Assembly (NCBI GenBank): GCA_963693365.1
Contig: CAVNZM010000003.1
Coordinates: 12,628,603 to 12,676,751 of the forward strand
Reading direction: 5' to 3'
Origin: Amoebidium appalachense
Taxonomy: Eukaryota; Protista; Ichthyosporea
DNA: 48,149 nt
The notes under the pieces were generated by a model. The model was not told the DNA's origin and did not search any database. It worked only from the letters and a program-made list of their open reading frames with translations. Below, in pieces: positions 1 to 13,233 of the stretch (positions within the stretch are counted from its first letter, which is position 1; every line of letters starts with the position of its first letter). A program made the position numbers and the translations under genes.

Positions 1-33
<33 letters not shown>

Positions 34-794
34 GGGGAACCCCAACTAATTGATTTCTCCTTGTAGTCTTTATGGTGTCTCGTAGAGAAAGTAAACCCTG
101 ATATATAGTCACCACCCGACATCTATGTACGTGATCATGATATACCGCTGAGGGGATATTCCGAGCAAAACCCCCCCCCCCATACCTGAGACTGGTTCTC
201 TTTGCTTCGAGTAAACAGCGTAAACCCCAAGTGGTTCTAGGGCTATACCTCTACCTACTCTTGTATGTTGCCGCAGGCGACAGTCACGAGACAAAGTTGG
301 ATCGCGCGTAATCGGATCTGGCCTACTAGTAAAAAAAAAGACATGATCCGCTTGCCTAGGCTTTTTTATGAATTAGGATTTAATGATCTCTTTAAAATTT
401 GTGAGCATTCCGATTGGTCATTACATATGAAGCGATCTGATTAGTCATTACAGCCAAAAGGACCCAGCCGGAGACGTCCGGCGTCGTAAACCGCCCCTGC
501 CACTTACGTAAGCCAGCGGGTACATAGCCTTGGAGACTACTTGGACAACGCGCATCTAGATCTGGCTTTTTTAGGCAGTCTGAGTCACTCTGCTCCGGCT
601 CAGACTGGCCGCCCTAATGTTACGTCCGGCTAGTCTACCATGAATAAGGCTATGCCCGGTGACGGCATGAGGGTTTGCTTGCCGGGGCTGGGGCCAAAGG
701 CGAGGATTCAATCCAATACGAGGTGTAACAAGGTGGTTGTGGAGGATACCGATATCCGGGTACTAGCGGTTGCAAGGCCAATACGGGTTGAAGG

Positions 795-830
<36 letters not shown>

Positions 831-1298
831 GGAGGGATGGGGGGGGGGGGGGGGGGGGGAGAGGGGGGGGGGGGGGTAGCTGCGATCAAGTCCGGTTGAA
901 CCCTCTCTCTTCTCTCTCTGTCCCCCCTTCCCCTTCCCCTCACCCCCTTCCCCCCCCCCCCTCTCTGAGACAAGACTGCATACAAGACCGGAGGGCCGAG
1001 GCTGCGGAGATCTATGCCATAGTAGTCCCGGAGGAAACCTCGGCGGCCGCCCCAGCTGCTCACACACACACGCACGGTGCTGCACAAACTTCTTGCCCCG
1101 GGAGTCCCCTAATAGGGATTTTCGATTTTGAAACGGGGAGGGGGGACGTAGTAGTAACTTTGGTGGGGAATGGGGGGGAGGAGGGGGACCCATCCACCCC
1201 TTTGGACAGCTGCCCCCCCCCCCCCCCCCCACCCACCCACCCACGTGCACCCACCCACTCACCCCCCACCCACCGCTCCGGCTAGCAGTTAGGGGAAA

Positions 1299-1340
<42 letters not shown>

Positions 1341-1344
<4 letters not shown>

Positions 1345-1465
1345 CACCCACCCCATAAGCTACCATCATATATGAGTATATCAGATACTCTTGATCATAA
1401 TACTCTACTATAATAATATATAGCAGCTGTTTACATACAATGCCCAAACGTAAACATTGAGGCTA
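1341..1465 (+). repeat. Dispersed repeat, copy 1 (related to 6752-6879)
   Basis: Poly-G, then CACCCACCCC..CCATCATAT..TATATCAGATA...GTTTACATA...AAACGTAAACATTGAGGCTA. Confidence 0.75.
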
Positions 1466-1467
1466 AC

Positions 1468-1599
1468 GGCGTGTTTGGCAGCCGAAAAAAAATCGTAGTC
1501 ATATTATTGTGCGAAAAGACGAATAATCGCATTTATAAAATTATTTTGTGGTATACGTATTTAGAGGCAATACTACGATTATGGCATGCCAAACACGCC
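1468..1599. mobile_element. Candidate Tourist/Harbinger-like MITE
   Basis: Perfect 13-bp inverted repeat GGCGTGTTTGGCA (1468-1480) / TGCCAAACACGCC (1587-1599) around an AT-rich core; no clean TSD. Confidence 0.4.
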
Positions 1600-1806
1600 T
1601 GAACACGCAAATGTGCTCGCTCGATCGTATTTACGTTTAATCAATGGAATGCCAAAAGTGTCTTGCTCGGATGTTTGATTTGGCGAAGGGATGTAAATCG
1701 ATAAGACCGTTAATGGGTATACATTTAGTACCTCGAAGTGCAACTAAATGTCATATTTTGAGTGTGATGTTTATTCTTATATAGAAATAGTTGACCATAG
1801 CTTGCA

Positions 1807-1824
1807 TGTGTGTGTGTGTGTGCG

Positions 1825-1904
<80 letters not shown>

Positions 1905-1938
1905 GCGTGTGTGTGTATGATGTGTGTGTGTGTGTGCG

Positions 1939-2008
<70 letters not shown>

Positions 2009-2023
2009 GCGTGTGTGTGTATG

Positions 2024-2088
<65 letters not shown>

Positions 2089-2103
2089 GCGTGTGTGTGT
2101 ATG

Positions 2104-2148
<45 letters not shown>

Positions 2149-2156
2149 GTGTGTGT
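1807..2156. repeat. Compound (TG)n microsatellite with a three-fold higher-order unit
   Basis: Interruption TCGCGTGTGTGTGTATGA recurs at about 1903, 2007 and 2087. Confidence 0.9.
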
Positions 2157-2482
2157 GCTGAACCTTGTGTGCGCGTGTGCACGTGCATTTACTTGTGTAA
2201 ATGAGCAGGCTGAGAGGGGAGGGGGAGGGAGGAAAGGAGGTGAGTGGGGCGGGGAGGGGCGGGGGGGAAGGGGGGGGAGGTGGGGGGGAGGGGAAGCTGG
2301 GGGTCGTTCGAAAATGTAAAAGTGCAGATAGTACACATTTGTCTCGGGCAACACAAAGCAGGCCTTGCAAAAAGACACAAATAGTATGCATCCGGCAGAA
2401 GAAGAGCATCAGCAAGAAGGGGTAGGAAGTGTATGTGTGCGCGCACGCGCGTATGTGTGCGTGTGTGTGTGTTTGGGTGTGT

Positions 2483-2568
<86 letters not shown>

Positions 2569-2635
2569 GTGTGTGTGTGCGCGCGCGCCCGCGCCCGCGC
2601 ACACGCGCTTGCATGTGTGTGATGCGTGTGTGTGT

Positions 2636-2683
<48 letters not shown>

Positions 2684-2823
2684 ATATGCATCAGTGGCCA
2701 AAACGAAAGCATTTTGAAAAGGTAAAAAAAAAAAAAAAAAGGAAAAAGAAAAGCGAATACAACTTTGGTGGCTGGAAAAGAGACAATGGTCATGACCACG
2801 CGTATGCGCAACAGGTGGGTAGG

Positions 2824-2871
<48 letters not shown>

Positions 2872-3537
2872 CCACCACCCCACTTGGCCAGGTGGGTTCT
2901 TCCCCCCTCCGGAGGGAGGGGGGAGGAGGGGAGGGGTGACCGACCCACCCCTGCGGGTACCTTGGGGAGGGGGCGGGCCTCCCGGGGGGGGAAAGCAATA
3001 CCACCAGGGGGGAAGTCGGTATTTACTACACACCCCCCCCCCCCCCCCCCCCCCCCCCCATTCCCCATTTCAAATTCGAAAATCTCTTACTTGTGTTTTA
3101 TCGAGTATCTGACTCGTGAAAATTTTAAACATATCTTTTTTTCCCCGTCACTTCCGAGTTTGTAGTCATGCATAGATCTTTAGAATCCAGAAAACAAATT
3201 ATCCTCTCGATCACTCCCCTCCACAGAAAATATACATGTCCCTTCATCTCTCTTCTGGCTCTCTCTTGATCACTCTCTCTGTCCCTTTGGAATTCCACAT
3301 GCTGGCCTGCATGTGTACTCTCTCTCTCTCTGCTGACCAAGCTGTCTCCCCCCCCCCCCCCCTCTCGTTTCCTCTCTCTAGCTTTGTCGCTATCTCACTC
3401 TCCTCTCTTTCTCTCTCTCTCCTGTAATCATCATTATATACGCACCTGCACCGCCGCACTGTGGCCGCCACACATACACACACAGAGAGAGAGAGAGAAA
3501 CAAAGGGGTGGGGGGGGGGGGGGGGGGGAAGGGGGGG

Positions 3538-3755
<218 letters not shown>

Positions 3756-5131
3756 TCTGAGGGAGCCTCAGAGTGTGATGATAGGTAGTCGAGAGAGCCA
3801 TAGAGGGACTCGGAGGGAGAGAGAGAGCGCGCGAGGGAGATAGCAATACCCACAGACTGTGGCACAAACACCCCCACTCGCTCACTCCACAAACAGGACC
3901 CTCGAGCTCCAGGACCAGGGCCACCACGTTCTGATACGGTGTTATTGTGCCTTTCCGCCGCCATAAGATAAAAAATCCAATAAAAGTTTCAAGGGAAGAG
4001 CACTGCAGGTGAGGCCTATCTCAGCCGAGCCTGTGGTCATCACGCTGGTGACTCCGGGGCCGGTCCTTTGAAAAATGATATATCAGCTCAGCTGCTGCCT
4101 TTATATATGAGCAGACAGTGGCCGCATGCATACACGCAAAAGTCCTTAAATAACAACTCTGTATCACACACGGCAAGTATACACATTCTGCCACCCACGT
4201 AGAAATATCACGTGCGCGCCGAGGCACTTGCGTAGGACAAGGACACGGCGATTTCGGGGACCCAGGTGCTGTGAGGCGGTTTGTTATGCGGCCCACAGAT
4301 TCAACAGTCGCTGAAGTGAAGCACCGAAAACGTTCTCTAAGGTTTAGATTAGATCCACCAAATTTTCAACCAATAGCTCTACTAACTTTAAAAAAAAAAA
4401 AAAAAAAAAAAATATCACCAAAACCCGTTGGTGGCTCTATTAGGGCCATCCAGGCAGAGGAAGAGTTGCTAAAATGGCACCAACCAAAAACGAATTTCAC
4501 ACCCTGCGGTGGCCCCGGTCTTCGCGCACCCGTAACGTGACGTACTGGATTTTCATTGGCTTCCTTATTTGGAGTTGTTTGATTGGGTTTTTGCAATTCT
4601 AGAGTGTGGGTCTGATTGGCTCATCTCTCATTCCATTCTACCCCGAACTCCCTGAACAGGCCCGGGATAGATCAGCTACAATAAGGTAATTGCGAAAACG
4701 TTGTAATACATATATAATGGTCATACACGATCAGAATCAATAGCCGTAAGTTATTTTATTTATATATGTGACTGTAAATAGTGTACAAATAGATCCTTTG
4801 TTTAAGATTTCTACAATTTTGGCGCTGTTTGATGTGCAAAACAATTTGAGCCACTGAGCCTCGACCAAATCGAGATCTGATAATCCACAAATCAAATACA
4901 GTGTTTTAAAGCTATTCATAGTAACTTCGCAACACCAATCATATTAGGCCAGCCAGCCTGAGGCAGGCCCTGTCGAGTATATAGAGGAGCGTTTATCCCA
5001 CGAATCCCCCACACTCTGGCACACTCGTGATCAGATTCAGAAAGGTCAAAACCCACCCCCGCACCGTTCTGAGTCCTTCACTTCAAAACACACCCTCTAC
5101 GTTTTGGAAGTAAAGTTTCAGTGTAGGAAAA

Positions 5132-5908
5132 ATGCCGCGTCTGTATTTCATTTTCGCTTGTCTTTCCCTCACAAGCGCACTTCCAGCGCACCGGAAACCC
5201 ATCCAAGCGAGAAGTGCAGGCAACCTTCATTCTGGTGCGACATGGGCCAACCTCGCATGGGGCAACATCGACTCCCCGTCAGACGGGAACGGAAAAGACG
5301 TCGTTTTTATCGACTTGGACAAAAGCAACAGTCGCCCCAGTTCATTTTCCGACTCTACCGTTGTGTGCTACATGAGCGCAGGCACCGCCGAGAATTGGCG
5401 GTCGGACGTGTCCAAGCTCAAGCCTTACACCAGCGAGAAATCCAAGTATTCCGGCGAGTCGTGGCTTGACATAACACGTTGGCGTGACTTTGCCCCAATT
5501 ATGGCTGAGCGTATGGGGCGTATGGTCGACGCTGGCTGTGGTGCTATCGAAGCCGACAACTTGGACTGTTTCCTTCATCACTGTGTTGACAGCTCGTCGG
5601 AGTCTGAACTGAAACAATACGAGACGGAATACGCGCGATGGTTGGCGCAGGAGGCACACGGAAAGGGGTTAAAGATTGGGTTGAAGAACACGATTGAAAT
5701 CATGAGGAACGTGGAGGGAAGCTTTGATTTTGCCATCAATGAGAGTTGCACGAGGTATGATGAGTGTAAGAACTACAGCGCGTTCAAGTCGCACGGAAAG
5801 GCTGTGTTTGGCGTAGAGTACTCGGAAGGCTCGAGTGCGTGCAGTCAGGGAGACAGGCACGGAATTAGCATGAAGTACAACTCTGGCAGCGGGTTCAAGG
5901 ATTGCTAA
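5132..5908 (+). CDS. Secreted glycoside hydrolase family 114 (endo-alpha-1,4-galactosaminidase-like, Ega3-like), 258 aa, intronless
   Basis: Signal-peptide-like N-terminus (MPRLYFIFACLSLTSA). GH114 motifs VVCYMSAGTAENWR, GESWLDI, GCGAIEADNLD, AHGKGLKIGLKN, FDFAINESC, KAVFGVEY. TATA-like TATATAG at about 4978-4984. Confidence 0.9.
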   Translation: MPRLYFIFACLSLTSALPAHRKPIQARSAGNLHSGATWANLAWGNIDSPSDGNGKDVVFIDLDKSNSRPSSFSDSTVVCYMSAGTAENWRSDVSKLKPYTSEKSKYSGESWLDITRWRDFAPIMAERMGRMVDAGCGAIEADNLDCFLHHCVDSSSESELKQYETEYARWLAQEAHGKGLKIGLKNTIEIMRNVEGSFDFAINESCTRYDECKNYSAFKSHGKAVFGVEYSEGSSACSQGDRHGISMKYNSGSGFKDC

Positions 5909-6046
5909 ATAACCTACGGAATATCTGAGGTGTGTAAATAGAGTAATATCTGGCTCACCAGTTGATGTTTATCCCCGGGTAGATATAACGGCACTTTCTT
6001 TATTATGCGGGTGAAATATCCTTAAATAGGGGAAGCATACCCCCCC

Positions 6047-6077
<31 letters not shown>

Positions 6078-6751
6078 GCACACAAGCACACACACACAAG
6101 CACACGTGTACACCGTGACACAAACCCTGCCCTCTCCTTCCTCCTCCTCCCCCCCCTTCCCCTCCCAATCTTCGTTTCCAGGGATGTTGTATAGATAGAG
6201 CTAGTATCCAATGAGCGTAAACTTTGATGTAAATACATTCTAAACCCATTTTGGCGCGTTAGTCACTGCCTTGCAACTGTGTAAGAATACTATGAAAAAG
6301 TTTTTGGATGGGCTCATGTACATATTCAAGTGCAAATCAAGTGCAGTTTGTACATATGCAGTGTAATCTCACAGCTGTGAATGTTCGACGGCTGGCTCGC
6401 CATTTCTACCGTTTGTAGTATAGATGATGGTATTGCGCTGGCCGCTGCCATTTGAATCAAGCCAAGAAAGCCAAGCCCTAATGTCATGCAAATTTCGGAT
6501 CTGCAACATAATAATGGCTGGGTTTCCCCCGAATTATTTGAAATTCACACATTTCACACATGCATTTCACACATGCACGCTCATTCATGCAAACGCACAC
6601 GCACTCGTGTGCAGGCACGCGCGTACACGCACACACACACGCACGCCCGCACACAAACACGTGTATGGCAGGGGGAGGGGGGGGGGGGGGGGGGGACCCA
6701 CCACCGATCTTGGGAAGGTAGGAGGGGGGGGGGGGGGGGGGGGGGGGGGAG

Positions 6752-6879
6752 GACCCACCCACCCCAAAGACTGCCATCATATGACTATATCAGATAAACT
6801 GATCGTATATAATACTATGATTTAGCCTCGGTTTACATATGGTTTACATATCATTCCCAAAACGTAAACATTGAGGCTA
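6752..6879 (+). repeat. Dispersed repeat, copy 2 (related to 1341-1465)
   Basis: Same ordered blocks, ending in an identical AAACGTAAACATTGAGGCTA. Confidence 0.75.
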
Positions 6880-7077
6880 CCTTACCTTTCACCTGAAACT
6901 CAGGCTGATGTCGTAAATTGGCTAGCCCCCCCCCCCCCCCCCCCCCCCCCCCCCCTTTATTAATGTATCCATCATTATTACACCCATCAGCCAAATGTCA
7001 TTATGTGGATGTGTCCGGCACTACCATCGACCTCTACCGATATAATATCACGCCGTTACTACAGCCATCCCCCCCCC

Positions 7078-7108
<31 letters not shown>

Positions 7109-8287
7109 GCCCTCTCCCCCTCCCGCCTTCTCCCCCCAACCCATCCACCTCCCCCCCCCCCCCCCCCCCCCCCCCCCATCCCTCTTTGTTATTATATCTA
7201 ATGGATGCCATCTGGCACTATAATAATTGTGTAGGGCCTTTCAGAATCTTTCAGAACCCTTTCAAAATCGAATCCCGGAAGCTTGCAAACATATGGCTAC
7301 ACACAACCTTCACCCCCAGTCCCCCCCGGTCCCCCCTCCCCACAGACCCCTCCCCACACCCACCCACACACCCGCCCACTCCCCCCTCCCCCCCTCATAC
7401 TCCCCCTCCCTCCCCCCCCCTCCCCCCTCCCCCCTCCCCACCCCCACCCCTCCCCCGTATACAATGACCTCGATTCTCTCCAGTCTATGATTTCCGGGGT
7501 CTCTCGTAGTCAACGATAGAGTGGCTTATTGGCCACATGGTTAATCTAGGGGGAGCCGCTGGCGGGCCGAGACAAAAATGTGGCGAGTCATCTGGAGGAA
7601 TGTGGTCAGCGGATCAATAGTTGGGCATAGAAACTGGGCCAAATTCTATGATTGGCTCTTTAGAACGAACAAAAGAACCTATTCTACTAAGAAAAAAGGG
7701 TTTGGTGTTCTAGGAAAAAAGTTGGTAACTACAAATGCGCGCAATATTGGTATAAGCTTATAGGGGCGTCCGGCGCCATCTTCATTGTTAAGATAGGAAA
7801 AATCGCTTGGGTTTTGGCCTTATTTGGGTTGCGCTGGGTACTGATCGATGCCCACGTCAGCTTGCGACCGCCAGGATTATGATAAGATTGTGATTCTTTC
7901 TCATTTTGACCATGAAGAAGGGGTTAGAGACCATGTAATGCTTAGAACGAATTACGTGTCGCTTGATATTCTAACGTTTTTATTAAGCACCCAAAGCCTC
8001 TTTACGATTGAGAAAAAGACTTAATATACTTAAATGACTTTTGGCTATGACCTTCATAATAAATCCTGACCACATTCCAATCTCGTTATCGGATCACTAT
8101 AAACCCTAGGCTATTTTTAGTAAATAGTTTAATTAACGATATCCCATTCATTCCATCTGTGTGTCCTTACCCACTTTCTAGTACACCCTTCCTCCCGCTT
8201 CCCCCCCCCCCGCCCCTCCCCCCTTTCCCCACTAATATAGCACAGACACACTGACACACACATACACATACACTTGGACGCGTGCGC

Positions 8288-8336
<49 letters not shown>

Positions 8337-8385
8337 CACGCACGTGCGCGCACACACACGCACACACACGCACACACACGCACAC

Positions 8386-8421
<36 letters not shown>

Positions 8422-8986
8422 CCGAGTTCCTCTCTTGCCCTTGTCCCTCCCCACCACCTCTCCGTCCGTTGATTGGGTCAAAGTCATTTTTCTCCTTGAA
8501 TGTGTTTGTACCGGGTAGTGCGCGAAAACTCTGTGTTGTGTGACGAGTGACAACTGTGTTTGTGTGTAAGTTGTGACCATGATTCAGTATGTGATTGTCT
8601 GTTTGTGTGAGTGTGTGCGATGGTGTGCGGGTGTTTTTCGTGTGTGTGCACGTGTTAAAAAAAAAGAACCGACAATGTTGGCATTACAACCATTGCAGGT
8701 GTATGCACCAGGAGCTGGGAGGGGGGGGGGGGGGGGGGGGGGGGGGGCTCGGAAAAACGGCTTAGAGGATGACTACTAGTGGGAAAAAGGAGGGAGGAGG
8801 GGGGGGGGGGGGGGGGTATGTGGCGAGGAGTGACAATGAAGCATCGGGAGGGAGAGAACAAAATAGGGACAGTGCTTGTGTGTGCGCGTGCATTCGCCGC
8901 ACTGTACAGCACAGCTCTCTTTGAAATATTAGTGAGAGCCGCGGCTGTGATTGTACCGTATGGTGTGCCTGTTTGTGTGTGTGTGT

Positions 8987-9080
<94 letters not shown>

Positions 9081-9114
9081 ATGTGTGTGTGTGTGTGTAT
9101 AGGTACATCACGGT

Positions 9115-9205
<91 letters not shown>

Positions 9206-9632
9206 CGTGCGAGTGCGTGTGTGTTTTGTGTGTCACGGGGTAGAACGGTGTGCTCGTGTGAGTGCATGCATGCAAGTGTGCATGCGTGTGTGCGTGCCTA
9301 GGATGCACGTGTGCCTCTTTCCTAAGCTATTTGCTTAGTGTTTGTGATCATTACAAAACTTCAATGATGTGTGTTACGTGCAGAATTCGGGCGTGTGTGC
9401 ATCTGGCGTGTGTGATACGTACGTTGTGACACTGTGTATTGTAGGTACGTGCCAATTCGAAAACGAACTTCCGTTGCGGTGTGCGCCTTTGTGTGTTCCG
9501 GTGTGTTGCGGGGTTTGAGATGTGTGACGGTGTGCTGGTTGTGCGTGTTTGTGTGGATACCACGGCGTGCGTCCGTATGCCACTGTGCCATGTGGCCGTA
9601 TGCCACTGTGCCATGTGTGTGTGTGTTGTGAC

Positions 9633-9667
<35 letters not shown>

Positions 9668-9668
<1 letters not shown>

Positions 9669-9973
9669 GTAACTTAGAGGTTTCTCTGTGAGACTTTATT
9701 ATTTGCTGACTTACATTGACTGGCCCACCGGGACCTTTATATACTTGTGGTCTGGCTCACTGGAATGTTACATACTATTCCCGATTGGTCTACCCGCCGC
9801 TATGGATCTAGTCGCTACCAATCAGAACACTCCAACAGAATCTTCTAGACTCCTCTAGATCTATCCTGATCTATCGTGAACCTATCCACCAGTTTATCCC
9901 GAATATCTCGAATATTCCCGATCACTAGTGCTACGCTAACGCAGGGCATACCGGATGGCTATCCTGTTCGACA
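9668..9973 (-). repeat. Copia 3' LTR (306 bp)
   Basis: Direct repeat of 12931-13236 with TG...CA termini. Minus-strand TATATAAAG (about 9735-9743) and AATAAA (9695-9700). Confidence 0.95.
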
Positions 9974-10106
9974 CCCCCACTTGCACTGTGTTCTATCTAT
10001 GTACCGCATGCAACCTAAACCTAAGATGCAACTCTAAAACTATGCTACTATACTAACACATATAACACCTACTACACGAACATTAACACTACACTATTTG
10101 TAGTTC

Positions 10107-10277
10107 TTACTCAGCCATGCCGATGGCCTGCCGATGCTGCACTAACTTAAGTCTCCCTAAAGCTTTGGTGCACATGTCGGCCACGTTACTGTTCGTGCTG
10201 CAATACACAAGTTCTACATCCCCATTCTCCACACACTCACGGGTGTAGTGGTACTGAACGTCGATGTGTTTGATGCT
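10107..10277 (-). pseudogene. Out-of-frame C-terminal remnant of Copia RNase H
   Basis: Manual translation SIKHIDVQYHYTRECVENGDVELVYCSTNSNVADMCTKALGRLKLVQHRQAIGMAE*, matching the Copia KHID..YH..RE / AD..TKAL signature. Confidence 0.92.
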
Positions 10278-12883
10278 GGCCTGGAGATTGCTTCTTCCAG
10301 TGTCACAGGGTCATCCTCATTGCTATCAGCACTCTCAATTGCCATGCTGATACTGTCGCGGTACTCTACTACACCTGCGTTGATGCCGTAGGTCCCACCG
10401 CGCCTTGTAGTCATAGACGGATAGGCACTTCTGGTTGCAACCTGCAACTCTGCACTATCTTCCTCGTCTCCTGACCCTGCCGCGTCCGAATCGCCGCTGT
10501 CCTCGCCCGCGCCGTCGCCGATAGCATCTGAATCATATCCACTGTCAGTGCCGATTGCAGGCTTCCGAAAGGAATGTTGCTTCTTGACGCTGATTGGATT
10601 CCTCGATTCCATGCTCTGCTGATTTCCGATTGGCTTATGCATCAGCAATTCCATTGGCTCATCTTGCACCACCGGAATACCGGCCTTTGAGGTGCATGAT
10701 TCATCGATCACCACATCTCGCCCGACGATAGTCTTGCGCGCCTCGGTGTCCCACAACAAGTACGTCTTGCTGTCACCTGTGTAGCCGACGAATTTACACT
10801 CCCGACTCTTGGCGTCTAGCTTCCTGCGCTCGTCCTTCGGCACATGGACAAATGCCTTGCTACCAAATACACGTAGATGGCTAACATCGGGCTTCTCTCC
10901 ATACCATGCCTCCCAAGGTGTCATGCCACCCAGTACTGTGGTTGGCGTCAGGTTCTTGATGTACACAGCTGCCTGTACTGCTAGCTGCCAGAACCCCATA
11001 CTCATGCCTGCTGACTGCAGCATGCAGCGCGCCGTCTCGACAATGGTCCTGTTAGCCCTCTCTGCTACACCATTCTGCTCTGGTGTGTAAGGGACTGTCG
11101 CCTCATGTTCAATGCCGCACGCTTCCAGGAACGACTTGAACTCAGTGGAGGTGTACTCACCCCCGTTGTCGGAACGCAGAATCTTGATGCTGGCACCGTG
11201 TTGCTTCTCTACGTGTGCCTTGTACTTCTTGAAGTAAGTATGCACTTGGGATTTATGTTTCATGAAGTACACCGTAGTGAACCTTGTCTTGTCGTCGATG
11301 AAGGTGACATAATACTTGGAACCTTGCAGCGACTCCTTGTTGAACGGTCCTGCCACATCAGAATGAACTCTGTCGAGCTTCGCTGGCGCTGTCTTGCGGG
11401 GTAGCTTACTGAAAGAGAGCCGGGCTTGCTTCCCTCTCGCGCATCCCTCGCACACACCGTCATCCTGGGTTTTGCAGTCGATGCACAGACCCTCGACGAT
11501 GTTTTCTTTAACCATCTTCTGTAGCGTGTTTATTGCCACATGACCAAACCGCCGGTGCCATAAACTGGCGCTGCCCTTTACCGGCTCACACACGGTGTTA
11601 CCCCCACTGCTGCCGACTGCAGTGGTCACCATGTTCACGCTCTCACATACGGGTTTCACTAGGAGACGATACAGGCCTCCCTCCACTACCCCACGGGCCA
11701 CAACTTGGCCATCTGTGGCACTCTCAATCGTACACTGTCGACCGTCGGTGATGCCTCTTAACCCGTGCTTGCCGGCGCTTGAAGCCGACATCACGTTAGT
11801 TCCAAATGCTGGCACGTACAGCACATTCTGCAGTCTAAATGTCATGCTGTTGCCCTGGAACTCACTTGTTAATCTTACGACGCCTATTCCTAGCGCCATC
11901 ACACCCGGGGTGTTACCCAGAGCGACGGGTTTGGGTGTGATCGACCGGAAGTCTTCCATCCAGTCCTTTCGGCATGTGACATGGGAGGTTGCGCCGCAGT
12001 CCCAATACCACTCAGTTGAAGAAGGGAGTCCGCTGTTTACCGCCATGGCGAGTATCTCCTTGGAAGCTCCGTTCTGCTTCGCCTTGTCGCCGCGATTGCC
12101 GCCCTTCTTCTTCTTTGGACACTGTGACTTGTAGTGCCCAAACTTGTGACATTTGTAACACTCCACCTTGGATATGTCAGTCACGCGCGGCTTGCCGGTG
12201 TCCTGTCGTGGCGTACCGCCGCGCCATTGGGTGCTGGTCATCATCACCCGCTGCTGTTCCCTTGCAGCCTCGTTCTCCTCAAAACCACGCAGCTTGGCGA
12301 TTATCTTTTCCATTGTCTTCTCAGCTGCTGGTAAAGCTTGAATGGTCCTAACGTCGGTGCGGAATCGGTCGTCAGCGCCTACACCGTCCAGGAATTTCTC
12401 GGCAACCATGTCCTCACTAACTCCATTGGGGTCGATATGAAGAAGATCCTGCACAATGCACTCCAGACGGGCCGCATACTCCAGCACGCTTTCCGTCGGC
12501 ATCATATCAGCACGCCAGAACTGTTGAATCAACATTCTCTTGTGCTCATCTGTGTTGCGCGCAGCGTATGATGCTACCGTATCCCATATGTCCTTGGGAT
12601 TTCCTACGGCAATAGCTCGCCGACACAGGCTTGCAGGTACATCACCTAGTGTCTCCACCAGGTAGGAAGTCGCCTTCTTCTGGTCCAAGGGGTCGATCTC
12701 CACCAGAGGTTGCTCCACCGGTTCGCCGTCCTCTCCTATCACTTCAGGAGCCACGTCTTCAATCGTGTACCATAATTCCTCGCCCTCGAGGAAGCACTTC
12801 ATGCGCATGGCCCACATTGAGTAGGAGATTTTGCCCTTGCCTTCTCCTTCATACATGGGAACTGGACATTTTGCTCTTCCCAT
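10214..12883 (-). CDS. Copia Gag-protease-integrase polyprotein (889 aa), truncated just before RT
   Basis: Zinc knuckle CYKCHKFGHYKSQC; protease WYWDCGATSH; LWHRRFGH...CEGC; DDE integrase HSDVAGP / RSDNGGEY / QNGVAERANRT; KLDAKS..CKFVGY; ends at DPVTLEEAISRP (the motif that normally precedes RT), then runs out of frame. Confidence 0.93.
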   Translation of the reverse strand: MGRAKCPVPMYEGEGKGKISYSMWAMRMKCFLEGEELWYTIEDVAPEVIGEDGEPVEQPLVEIDPLDQKKATSYLVETLGDVPASLCRRAIAVGNPKDIWDTVASYAARNTDEHKRMLIQQFWRADMMPTESVLEYAARLECIVQDLLHIDPNGVSEDMVAEKFLDGVGADDRFRTDVRTIQALPAAEKTMEKIIAKLRGFEENEAAREQQRVMMTSTQWRGGTPRQDTGKPRVTDISKVECYKCHKFGHYKSQCPKKKKGGNRGDKAKQNGASKEILAMAVNSGLPSSTEWYWDCGATSHVTCRKDWMEDFRSITPKPVALGNTPGVMALGIGVVRLTSEFQGNSMTFRLQNVLYVPAFGTNVMSASSAGKHGLRGITDGRQCTIESATDGQVVARGVVEGGLYRLLVKPVCESVNMVTTAVGSSGGNTVCEPVKGSASLWHRRFGHVAINTLQKMVKENIVEGLCIDCKTQDDGVCEGCARGKQARLSFSKLPRKTAPAKLDRVHSDVAGPFNKESLQGSKYYVTFIDDKTRFTTVYFMKHKSQVHTYFKKYKAHVEKQHGASIKILRSDNGGEYTSTEFKSFLEACGIEHEATVPYTPEQNGVAERANRTIVETARCMLQSAGMSMGFWQLAVQAAVYIKNLTPTTVLGGMTPWEAWYGEKPDVSHLRVFGSKAFVHVPKDERRKLDAKSRECKFVGYTGDSKTYLLWDTEARKTIVGRDVVIDESCTSKAGIPVVQDEPMELLMHKPIGNQQSMESRNPISVKKQHSFRKPAIGTDSGYDSDAIGDGAGEDSGDSDAAGSGDEEDSAELQVATRSAYPSMTTRRGGTYGINAGVVEYRDSISMAIESADSNEDDPVTLEEAISRPASNTSTFSTTTPVSVWRMGM

Positions 12884-12930
12884 CTTGTCTCAACAGTCGC
12901 TTGGTCGTAGCGTTGTACTGGGTCCGTAAC

Positions 12931-13233
12931 CGTAACTTAGAGGTTTCTCTGTGAGACTTTATTATTTGCTGACTTACATTGACTGGCCCACCGGGACCTT
13001 TATATACTTGTGGTCTGGCTCACTGGAATGTTACATACTATTCCCGATTGGTCTACCCGCCGCTATGGATCTAGTCGCTACCAATCAGAACACTCCAACA
13101 GAATCTTCTAGACTCCTCTAGATCTATCCTGATCTATCGTGAACCTATCCACCAGTTTATCCCGAATATCTCGAATATTCCCGATCACTAGTGCTACGCT
13201 AACGCAGGGCATACCGGATGGCTATCCTGTTCG

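Noticed and set aside
1-32. Poly-A at window start as a retroelement tail
   Set aside because: Upstream context is outside the window and A runs are common here.
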